Assembly (NCBI GenBank): GCA_963834875.1
Contig: CAWIDG010000025.1
Location: 61,593 to 125,592, forward strand
Length of the DNA: 64,000 nt
Direction: 5' to 3'
Source of the DNA: Miltoncostaeaceae bacterium
Lineage (GTDB): Bacteria; Actinomycetota; Thermoleophilia; Miltoncostaeales; Miltoncostaeaceae
The notes below the pieces were generated by a model, which ran no database searches, was not told the origin of the DNA, and was given only the letters and a program-made list of their open reading frames with translations. Below are positions 32,063-42,063 of the stretch, piece after piece (positions within the stretch are counted from its first letter, which is position 1; every line of letters begins with the position of its first letter). A program made the position numbers and the translations under genes.

Positions 32063-33969
32063 GCCTTGCCCCCCTCACCTGGCGCCCCCGTGCGCTCGCG
32101 CACCGCGCCGCCCAGGTGGCGGTTGACATGGCGCTCGTCACGGCCGCCTACTGGCTCGCGTACTACTTCCGCTTCGACGGCGACGTGCCCGGCCGCTACG
32201 AGCGGCTGTTCGTCGGGACGGTGGGCATCGTCATCGGCGTCAAGCTCGTCGTCTTCGTGGCGATGCGCTTCTACACGAAGTGGTGGCGCTTCACGAGCCT
32301 GCGCGACCTGCAGGCCATCCTGCTGGCGACGGCCGGGTCCAGCCTGATCCTGGCGGCGCTGCTCTCGACATGGCGCCCGGACGACCTCGTGCCCGTGCCG
32401 CGCGGCGTCCTGGCCTTCGACCTCCTGCTGACCCTCGTCCTGATCGGGGGCGCCCGCTTCGCGGTGCGCAGCGTGATCGAGCGGCCGCCGCGCTCCGAGC
32501 TCGTGAGCAGCGGCAAGGAGGTGCTGATCTGCGGCGCGGGCGACGCCGGCAACACCCTGCTGCGCGAGATGAAGCGGAACCGCGCGCTCGGCTACACGCC
32601 CGTCGGCCTCATCGACGACGACCCCCGGAAGCGCCGGCTGCGCGTGCAGGGCACCCGCGTGCGCGGCACCCGCGCCGACCTGCCGAGGGTGCTGCGCGAG
32701 GTGCACGTTGACGAGGTCATCATCGCCATGCCGTCCGCGCCGGGGCGGGTGCGCGAGGAGATCGTCCAGGCGTGCCGCGCCGCGGGCGTTCAGTGCACGA
32801 CCCTCCCGGGCCTGCCCGAGCTGATCACCGGCGAGGTCACGGTCAGCCAGCTGCGCGAGGTCCGCGTCGAGGACGTGCTGGGCCGCGCCGCGATCGAGGT
32901 CGACTTCGCCCGCGTCGCCCGCTACCTCAACGGCCGAGCGGTGCTCGTCACCGGCGCCGGCGGGTCGATCGGGCGGGAGCTCTGCCGGCAGGTGTCGGCC
33001 ACCGGCGCCCGCCGCCTGGTGATGGTCGACCACTCGGAGAACAACCTCTTCGAGATCGACCTCGAGCTGCGCGAGCGCGGCCACTCCGGGCTGCTGGTCC
33101 CGGTGATCGCCGACTGCAAGGACGCGTCCGCGATGGAGCGCCTCTTCGCGTCCGAGCGGCCCGAGATCGTGTTCCACGCGGCGGCGTACAAGCACGTGCC
33201 GATGATGGAGCTCAACCCGGTCCAGGCGATCGCCAACAACGCGCTCGCCACCGCGGTCCTGGCCGACCTCGCCGAGCGGTTCGCGGTGGAGCGGTTCTGC
33301 CTCATCTCCACCGACAAGGCCGTCGAGCCGAAGACCGTCATGGGCGCCTCCAAGGCTCTTGCGGAGCGGGTCGTCGAGGCGCGCGCCGGCGTCTCGGGCA
33401 CCCGCTTCGCGGCCGTGCGCTTCGGCAACGTCCTCGGCAGCTCCGGCTCGGTGCTCCCGATCTTCCGGCGCCAGATCGCCGAGGGCGGGCCCGTGACGGT
33501 GACGCACCCCGAGATGACGCGCTTCTTCATGACGATCCCCGAGGCGGTCCAGCTCGTCATCGAGGCCACCGGCATCGCCGAGGGCGGCGACATCTTCGTG
33601 CTCGACATGGGCGAGCCGGTGCGGATCATGGACCTCGCCCGTCGCACGATCGAGCTGGCGGGCCAGGACGTCGCGATCGAGATCGTCGGGATCCGGCCGG
33701 GCGAGAAGCTCCACGAGGAGCTGTTCAACGTGGACGAGGAGGTGCGCCCGACCCGCTACGGGAAGATCATGCGCGCCACCCGGCCGCCGCTCGACCCCGC
33801 GGTCCTGAGCGACGGCATCGACGAGGTCGCCCGCCGCATCGCCGCCGGCCCGCCCGAGTCGGTCGCCGACGCCCTGTGGTCCACCCTGCGCGGCGCAAGG
33901 ATCGCCGCGCCGGACGGCGAAACGAGGATGGCGCCGCCGACCGTCACCCATCCCCGGGAGAGCCCATGA
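32059..33969 (+). CDS. membrane-anchored polysaccharide biosynthesis protein CapD / PglF / WbpM-like nucleotide-sugar 4,6-dehydratase
   Basis: Four N-terminal TM helices are followed by VLICGAGDAGNTLL and VLVTGAGGSIGREL...FHAAAYKHVPMME...STDKAVEPKTVMGASK. The gene is intact at 636 aa, and its GTG overlaps the DUF354 stop (GTGA). Confidence 0.9.
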   Translation: MSLAPLTWRPRALAHRAAQVAVDMALVTAAYWLAYYFRFDGDVPGRYERLFVGTVGIVIGVKLVVFVAMRFYTKWWRFTSLRDLQAILLATAGSSLILAALLSTWRPDDLVPVPRGVLAFDLLLTLVLIGGARFAVRSVIERPPRSELVSSGKEVLICGAGDAGNTLLREMKRNRALGYTPVGLIDDDPRKRRLRVQGTRVRGTRADLPRVLREVHVDEVIIAMPSAPGRVREEIVQACRAAGVQCTTLPGLPELITGEVTVSQLREVRVEDVLGRAAIEVDFARVARYLNGRAVLVTGAGGSIGRELCRQVSATGARRLVMVDHSENNLFEIDLELRERGHSGLLVPVIADCKDASAMERLFASERPEIVFHAAAYKHVPMMELNPVQAIANNALATAVLADLAERFAVERFCLISTDKAVEPKTVMGASKALAERVVEARAGVSGTRFAAVRFGNVLGSSGSVLPIFRRQIAEGGPVTVTHPEMTRFFMTIPEAVQLVIEATGIAEGGDIFVLDMGEPVRIMDLARRTIELAGQDVAIEIVGIRPGEKLHEELFNVDEEVRPTRYGKIMRATRPPLDPAVLSDGIDEVARRIAAGPPESVADALWSTLRGARIAAPDGETRMAPPTVTHPRESP

Positions 33970-34160
33970 CCGTCATCGACCGCACCCAGGCCGATCTCCC
34001 CCCCGGAGCGGTCGCGGTCGCGCCATGGGGGCTCCTCTCGCGGGTCCGGCGCCCGTGCCCCGACCACGGCGGCGAGTGCCCCTGCGTCGCCCGCCGCGAG
34101 GACGAGGGCTGCCTCGTCTTCTGGTGCGAGGCGGCGGTGCACCACTTCACGACGCGCTAG
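33966..34160 (+). CDS. 64-aa Cys/His-rich protein, translationally coupled to capD-like gene
   Basis: The ATG overlaps the upstream stop (ATGA). The sequence ...RRPCPDHGGECPCVARREDEGCLVFWCEAAVHHF carries 5 Cys and 3 His within 30 aa. I recognise no family. Confidence 0.45.
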   Translation: MTVIDRTQADLPPGAVAVAPWGLLSRVRRPCPDHGGECPCVARREDEGCLVFWCEAAVHHFTTR

Positions 34161-34195
34161 GCGGGCTCGCCCCGAGCCCGTCCGACGCGCCGGGC

Positions 34196-34607
34196 TCAGC
34201 CCTCGTCGGTGAAGGGCAGCTTCGTGTGGCGCGCCTCGTCGGCCTCGATGACGAAGATCACCGTCGCCTCGCCGCGCAGCGGGAAGGGGTCGCCGGTGTA
34301 CTTGCGGGCGATGCGGTCGGCGAGGACGAGGGCGGCGTCGCCGTCGATCCGGTCGACGACGCGGCCGCGCAGGTCGATCTGGCGGTAGGGGTCGCGGCGG
34401 TCGGCGATCGAGAGCGCGACGCGTGGGTCGCGCTCGATGGCCGCGGCCTTCCGGCTGCCGAGCTGGGTCACGAAGATGACGCGGTCCTCCTCGACGTCGA
34501 CCCGACAGGGGGCGGACCGATGGGGCGCCGTCGGCCTCGATGGTGGCCAGGTGGGCGAAGTTGCGCTCGCCGATCACGTCGGCGACCTGGGGAGGGAGCT
34601 CGGCCAC
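34196..34607 (-). CDS. PPOX-class (pyridoxamine 5'-phosphate oxidase-like, probably F420-dependent) protein, apparent frameshift near 34520
   Basis: The N-terminus MAELPPQVADVIGERNFAHLATIEADGAP lies in ORF 33756..34607. The remainder, TQLGSRKAAAIERDPRVALSIADRRDPYRQIDLRGRVV...KYTGDPFP, lies in ORF 34196..34471. Confidence 0.75.
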
Positions 34608-34611
34608 GCGG

Positions 34612-35425
34612 TCAGTCTACGTCGCCGCCGCGCCCCTCGGCCGGACGGCCCGGCACGATCCCAGGCGGACGGCGGAGGTGGACCGACGCGTAGCGGAGGC
34701 CGGCCGGCCCCGCGCGCGCCGCGCGCTCACAGCCCGCGGGGACGAGCGCCCCCCAGCCCGCGCTCACCTGGTGGGCGCGGCCGTTGACCACGAACTCGCC
34801 CCCGCCGTCCAGCACGATCCAGAGGACGTCGCGCTCCGAGTTGACGTGGGGATCGACGCCCGCGCCGGGCGGCCAGACGACCACGTTGACGTTGAGATCG
34901 TCGCTGCGGGCGGACCACGCCACGCCGCGGCCCTCGTGGAGCGTGGAGGTCCGCGACGGCCGCCGTCCCGCGCCGGGCGCGGTCGGCCCCGGGCAGCCGC
35001 AACGCCGCGAGCCGCTCGTCGTCCACGTCCTGCTCGATGAGGGGGAACAGCACCCGCTCCTCCAGCCGCACGTGGGCCTCCAGCAGCTCGCCGGCATCCT
35101 GCAGCAGGTCGCCCGGAACCGCCCCGTCGGCGACCGCGGCGGCGATCCGCCCGGCGAGGGCGTGCAGCTGCACGTGCTGCAGCAGCGCGCGCACGAGCGG
35201 CTCCGGCGGGTCCCCGCCGCCGTCGGTCGCGAGCAGGGGGAAGAGGTCCTCCTCCTCGGCGCGGAAGTGGGGCACGGCGTGCCCGGCGAAGAACGCGCCG
35301 AAGCGAAGGCCCGCCTCCAGGCGGCCCGGCGCGTCGGCGCCCGCGGCCCGCCGCGCCGCGGCGGCCTCGACCAGCGCGCCGTGATGGTCGCGCGAGAGCG
35401 GGGCCAGCGCGGGATGACGCCTCAT
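34612..35425 (-). CDS. hemerythrin (HHE)-like domain joined to a cupin domain across a frame change near 34960
   Basis: MRRHPALAPLSRDHHGALV...HFRAEEEDLFPLL...LLEAHVRLEERVLFPLIE is hemerythrin-like. The cupin text (NVNVVVWPPGAGVDPHVNSERDVLWIVLDGGGEFVVNG) lies in a second frame that has no start codon of its own. The ATG at 35425 overlaps the HxlR stop. Confidence 0.6.
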
Positions 35426-35784
35426 CGCCGGGCGACCGGCGGGCGCCTCGTCTCCGCGTCCTCGGCGGCGTCGTCCCAGTCCTCCACCCACGCCTCGATC
35501 TCGTGCACGACGCGGGAGAGGGCCTCGCCCTTCGGGGTGAGGCGGTACTCGACCACCCCGCCGCCGCGCTCGCGCCGTTCCATCAGCCCGGCCGCCTCCA
35601 GCTCACGCAGCCGCTCGGCCAGCAGCCGGGCCGAGAGCCCGTCGACCGAGCCGCGGATCTCCGTGAAGCGGGCGGGGCCCTCCATGGTCGCCCGGATCAC
35701 CGCGGCGCTCCAGCGCCGGCCGAGCAGCTCGGCCGCGCGCTGGTAGCGCTGGCAGACCGGGGGGATGGAGCGGCAGCGATCCAT
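35422..35784 (-). CDS. HxlR-family winged-helix transcriptional regulator
   Basis: CQRYQRAAELLGRRWSAAVIRATMEGPARFTEIRGSVDGLSARLLAERLRELEAAGLMERRE. Confidence 0.85.
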   Translation of the reverse strand: MDRCRSIPPVCQRYQRAAELLGRRWSAAVIRATMEGPARFTEIRGSVDGLSARLLAERLRELEAAGLMERRERGGGVVEYRLTPKGEALSRVVHEIEAWVEDWDDAAEDAETRRPPVARR

Positions 35785-35794
35785 CGCCGGAAGG

Positions 35795-38141
<2,347 letters not shown>

Positions 38142-38176
38142 GTCGGATCTCCCGCGGAGGGTGGGACACGGGCGGC

Positions 38177-38236
38177 GGTTACCTCGCGTAACCCACCGGT
38201 GTCCGTGGAGGTTACCGCGAGTAACCAGCGATGCAA
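38177..38236 (-). promoter_or_regulatory. putative lon promoter (TTGCAT-16-TAACCT on the minus strand) embedded in two 17-bp palindromes GGTTAC-N5-GTAACC
   Basis: IR1 is at 38177-38193 (GGTTACCTCGCGTAACC) and IR2 at 38210-38226 (GGTTACCGCGAGTAACC), with centres 33 bp apart. On the lon strand, the -35 TTGCAT maps to 38231-38236 and the -10 TAACCT to 38209-38214. IR2 fills the spacer and the -10, and IR1 lies in the leader. Confidence 0.5.
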
Positions 38237-39042
38237 AGGGTTGTCCTGGCGGGACGCGTTCAGCCGGCGAGCTGGCACTTTGGACGTCGTTGGAGATTGC
38301 GCCCGCAGCCGCGACCTCGGCTGGAGAAGGTCACGGAGGCGCCAGCCGGCGCGCCTCGCCGGCGACTCGGTCGAGGATCGAAGCGCGAAGGGTCATGAGC
38401 AGGACGCATCAGGTCGTCGGTGCACGCCGGTCGAGGCACGCGCCGGCTCGGCGCTGCGCCGGCCGGCGCGCTGCCATGGCGTGCGGTCGCTGCCGTGCTC
38501 ACGCTCGAGGGCGCGCGCCAGCCGGAGGCCGGCGACGTACGGCTACTCGGAAGAAGGGTCGAGTCTTGCACTCGAGGGCTCGGCCAGCGTACGTCAGGCG
38601 ACGTACGCGCATGGCGCCTGATCGGGCTCGCGACGTCCGCACGTCCCCGAGCCGGCAAGCGCTACGACCAGGAGGCCCAGATCGCGATCGTCACGCTCGG
38701 CCTCGAGCCAGCACTGGCCTGCGGCTCGAGGTAAGCGCACCTACGACTGGAGCCGCCCACGACCGGGCGCTGACCACCGTCCTCGACGTACGGGCGTGCA
38801 AGACCGCCGTGGGCCCGACGGTCGCTCGGATCCGTCGCGGCCCTCGAGCGCCTGAGCGACCCGGTCGAGGCTCACGGAACGCGTCAGGACACCCGCAGGC
38901 CTGGCCCCGGTCGTCTGGAAGTACGAGGTCCGGGCGGCGAAGTTCATCTGCCCCGTCGTGCGGCGGCGGCGGGTCTCGGCCCCGGGTCCAGGGCGCCGGG
39001 ACGGGGCGTAGGCGAGCGGAGGCTGACGCCGGGCGCGGCAGT

Positions 39043-39963
39043 ATGGTTGCGCGCGTGGACCTCCGCCACCTCGTGACCCTCCGCACGGTGGTCAACAAGG
39101 GCTCCTTCTCGCAGGCTGCGGAGGAGCTCGAGATCTCCCAGCCCGCGGTGTCGTTCCAGATCCGGGCGCTGGAGGAGCGCCTGGGCCACCGCCTGCTCGA
39201 TCGCAGCGGCCGCCGGGTGACGGTGACCGAGGCCGGCGAGGTGGCCTACCGCTACGCGAAGCGGATGATCGGTCTCGAGGCGGAGCTCGAGCGCGAGATG
39301 GGCGAGATCGGCACGCGCGTGTCCGGCCGCCTGGTGCTGGGCTCGTCAACCGGGCCGGGAGAGCTGCTGCTGCCCCGCCTGCTGGGGGCCTTCCACGAGG
39401 CGTACCCCGACGTCCGCGTGAGCCTGATGGTCAGCGACACCCAGACCGTCTGCGAGCGGGTGCTCGACGACGAGCTGGAGCTCGGCGTCGTCGGCGCCGC
39501 CCGGCCCCAGCGGGGGCTCGAGTTCGAGCCCTTCCTGCGCGACGAGCTGGTCGTGATCGTCCCGCCCGGGCACCACCTGGCCGCCCAGCCCGCCGTGACC
39601 CTCGAGGGCCTCGTGGCCGAGCCGATGCTGCTCCAGCAGGAGGGCTCCGGCGTGCGCTCGGTCGTCGAGGCCGCCATGCGCGAGGGCGGCCTGCGCGATC
39701 GCGACCTGCACGTGGCGATGGAGCTCGGCCTGCAGCAGTCCGTCAAGGCCGCCGTGCTCGACGGGTTCGGGATCACCGTGATCTCGCGCCTGGCGGTGGA
39801 GCGGGAGGTCGCCGAGGGGAGCCTGGTTGCGCTGCGCCTGGAAGGGCCCGGGCTCGAGCGCCACTTCTTCTCCGTCCGCCATGCCGGGCGGACGCCGAAG
39901 CGCGTCACGTCGACGTTCCTCGACTTCGCCAAGGCCGAGCTCGGGGAGATCGCCGCTGCATAA
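39043..39963 (+). CDS. LysR-family transcriptional regulator
   Basis: VDLRHLVTLRTVVNKGSFSQAAEELEISQPAVSFQIRALEERLGHRLLDRSGRRVTVTEAG. It is intact and lies immediately upstream of the FAD/ComA/Sat operon. Confidence 0.9.
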   Translation: MVARVDLRHLVTLRTVVNKGSFSQAAEELEISQPAVSFQIRALEERLGHRLLDRSGRRVTVTEAGEVAYRYAKRMIGLEAELEREMGEIGTRVSGRLVLGSSTGPGELLLPRLLGAFHEAYPDVRVSLMVSDTQTVCERVLDDELELGVVGAARPQRGLEFEPFLRDELVVIVPPGHHLAAQPAVTLEGLVAEPMLLQQEGSGVRSVVEAAMREGGLRDRDLHVAMELGLQQSVKAAVLDGFGITVISRLAVEREVAEGSLVALRLEGPGLERHFFSVRHAGRTPKRVTSTFLDFAKAELGEIAAA

Positions 39964-40009
39964 GGCCCGCTTATTGGAAGCATCGGCGGCGGTCGGCTAG
40001 GCTCGCCGG

Positions 40010-41236
40010 GTGTCGAGGTCCAGCGACGCGCGCGCCGACGTGCTCGTGGTCGGGTCGGGGGGCGCCGGGATGTCGGCCGTCCTCGCCGCCCGCGCGGCCG
40101 GCGCCGGCGTGGTCGTGGTCACGAAGTCGGCCCTGGGCGCCGGCAACACCGGCCGTGCCCAGGGCGGCATCCAGGCGGCGATCGGCGAGGAGGACTCCAC
40201 CGAGTCGCACTTCGATGACACCTTCGCCGCCGGCCATCGCGCGGCGCGGCCGCAGCTCGTCCGCACCCTGACGGACGGGGGGCCCGGAGCCGTCGCCTGG
40301 CTCGAGTCGCTCGGGGTGGGATTCAGCCGCGATGAGGGCGAGCTGCGGCTCCTGCGCTGCGGCGGTGCCAGCAGGCCTCGGCTGCTGCAGGCGGGCGAGC
40401 GAACCGGGGCCGAGATGGTCAAGGCGCTGCGCGCGGCGGTGCGCGCGAGCGGCGCCGAGGTTCGCGAGGCGACCCGTCTCCTCGAGCTGGCGCCGCGCGG
40501 CGACGACTGGGTCGCGACGCTCGCGCCGAGCGGCAACGGCGGGCGGGCCACCCTGCGGGCCGGGGCCGTCGTGCTCGCCGCCGGCGGCGGCCTGCGCGGC
40601 GAGGCCGACGCCCTCGGGGTCGGCAGCACCAACCACCCCGACGCGACCCCCGAGGTGCTGCGGATGGCGCTGGAGCTGGGGGCGGAGGGCCGGGAGGTCA
40701 ACTCCTGGCAGCGCCACCCGACCGGCTCGCTCTGGCCCGAGGCGCTGGCCGGGTACGCGCTCCCGGAGACCACGCGCGGCTACGGCGCGACCCTCCACGA
40801 CGCCGAGGGCGAGCGCTTCGTCAACGAGCTCGCGCCGCGCGACGTGGTCGCCCAGGGGATCATCGACGCCGTCGCGGCGGGCCGCGGGGCGGCCGCCCCG
40901 GACGGCCAGGTGGGCGTCTGGCTCGACACTCCGGCGATCGACCGCGAGAACGGCGCCGGCTTCACCGCCGACCGCCTGGCCTACGTCCACAATCGGTACC
41001 TCAAGGCGGGGCTCGACATCACCCGGGAGCGTGTGCTCGTCTATCCCGTGCTGCACTACCGCAACGGGGGGCTTGCGATCGACGAGCGCGCGGCGACCAC
41101 GCTTCCGGGCCTGTTCGCCGCGGGCGAGATCGCCGGCGGCGTGCACGGCTCCAACCGCCTGATGGGCAACTCGCTGCTCGACACGGTCGTCTACGGGCGC
41201 CGCGCCGGCGCCTCGGCCGCGGAGGCCGCCGCATGA
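40010..41236 (+). CDS. FAD-binding flavoprotein of the succinate dehydrogenase / fumarate reductase / L-aspartate oxidase / AprA superfamily (short form, 408 aa)
   Basis: DVLVVGSGGAGMSAVLAA is the dinucleotide fold. RAQGGIQAA, WQRHPTG and GLFAAGEIAGGVHGSNRLMGNSLLDTVVYGRRAG are present. The C-terminal helical domain of the long family members is absent. Confidence 0.8.
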   Translation: MSRSSDARADVLVVGSGGAGMSAVLAARAAGAGVVVVTKSALGAGNTGRAQGGIQAAIGEEDSTESHFDDTFAAGHRAARPQLVRTLTDGGPGAVAWLESLGVGFSRDEGELRLLRCGGASRPRLLQAGERTGAEMVKALRAAVRASGAEVREATRLLELAPRGDDWVATLAPSGNGGRATLRAGAVVLAAGGGLRGEADALGVGSTNHPDATPEVLRMALELGAEGREVNSWQRHPTGSLWPEALAGYALPETTRGYGATLHDAEGERFVNELAPRDVVAQGIIDAVAAGRGAAAPDGQVGVWLDTPAIDRENGAGFTADRLAYVHNRYLKAGLDITRERVLVYPVLHYRNGGLAIDERAATTLPGLFAAGEIAGGVHGSNRLMGNSLLDTVVYGRRAGASAAEAAA

Positions 41237-42063
41237 CGATCGACGCGGGCCCCATGAGCACCGAGCTCGGGACCGCCCCCGGGGCGGGCTTCCTCTCGCT
41301 CCCGGGACGCCCGCCGAAGCCGCGCCAGGTCGGGGTGACGCACGTCATCGACAAGGGCCTCAGCCTCCCCGCCGTCGAGGGGGTCCTCGAGGCGAGCGGG
41401 GACTACATCGACATCGTGAAGCTCGGCTGGGGCACCGCCTACGTGACGCGCAACCTGCGCGAGAAGCTCGCGCTCTTCCGCGACGCGGGCATCCCGGTGG
41501 TGCTCGGGGGGACGTTCTGGGAGATCTGCCAGTCCCAGCGGAAGCTCGATGACTGGCGGCGCTGGGTGAGCGACCTCGGGCTGCAGCACGTCGAGATCTC
41601 GGACGGCACGATCACGCTGGCCCACGACGCCAAGCTCGAGCACATCAGCCGGCTGGCGCAGGACTTCGTCGTCCTCAGCGAGGTCGGCTCCAAGGACCTC
41701 GCGACGGTCATCGCGCCCTACCGCTGGGTCGAGATGATCGAGGCCGAGCTGCGGGCGGGGGCCTGGAAGGTCATCACGGAGGCCCGCGAGACCGGCACCG
41801 CCGGCATCTTCCGGGGCGACGGCGAGGTCAGGATGGGCCTCATCGACGAGATCGTGCACGCCATCGACCCGAACCGACTGATCTTCGAGGCGCCCCTGAA
41901 GGCGCAGCAGGTCTGGTTCATCCGCAAGTTCGGCCCCAACGTCAACCTGGGGAACATCCCACCCGACGAGGTGATACCGCTGGAGACACTACGGCTCGGC
42001 CTGCGCGCCGACACGCTGCTCGACGCCACGACCACCGGGAACGTCAACGGAGCGGGGATTTGA
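41233..42063 (+). CDS. comA: (2R)-phospho-3-sulfolactate synthase (ComA family)
   Basis: KPRQVGVTHVIDKGL...DYIDIVKLGWGTAYV...GGTFWE...VEISDGTI...LSEVGSKD...EARETGTAGIF...LIFEAPLKAQQVWFIRKFGPNVNLGNI is the ComA-family pattern. The ATG overlaps the upstream stop (ATGA). Confidence 0.85.
   Translation: MTIDAGPMSTELGTAPGAGFLSLPGRPPKPRQVGVTHVIDKGLSLPAVEGVLEASGDYIDIVKLGWGTAYVTRNLREKLALFRDAGIPVVLGGTFWEICQSQRKLDDWRRWVSDLGLQHVEISDGTITLAHDAKLEHISRLAQDFVVLSEVGSKDLATVIAPYRWVEMIEAELRAGAWKVITEARETGTAGIFRGDGEVRMGLIDEIVHAIDPNRLIFEAPLKAQQVWFIRKFGPNVNLGNIPPDEVIPLETLRLGLRADTLLDATTTGNVNGAGI

Noticed and set aside
38142-38260. An HspR HAIR or CIRCE element upstream of lon.
   Set aside because: I found no CTTGAGT-N7-ACTCAAG-like or TTAGCACTC-N9-GAGTGCTAA-like sequence. 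Only the GGTTAC-N5-GTAACC palindromes are present.
38260-39098. ORFs 38260..38658 (-), 38741..38947 (-), 38691..39098 (-) and 38420..38734 (+) considered as genes in the lon-LysR gap.
   Set aside because: The translations are dominated by Arg/Ser/Pro/Ala and have no recognisable motif. The ORFs overlap one another in different frames. I treat the region as unassigned instead.
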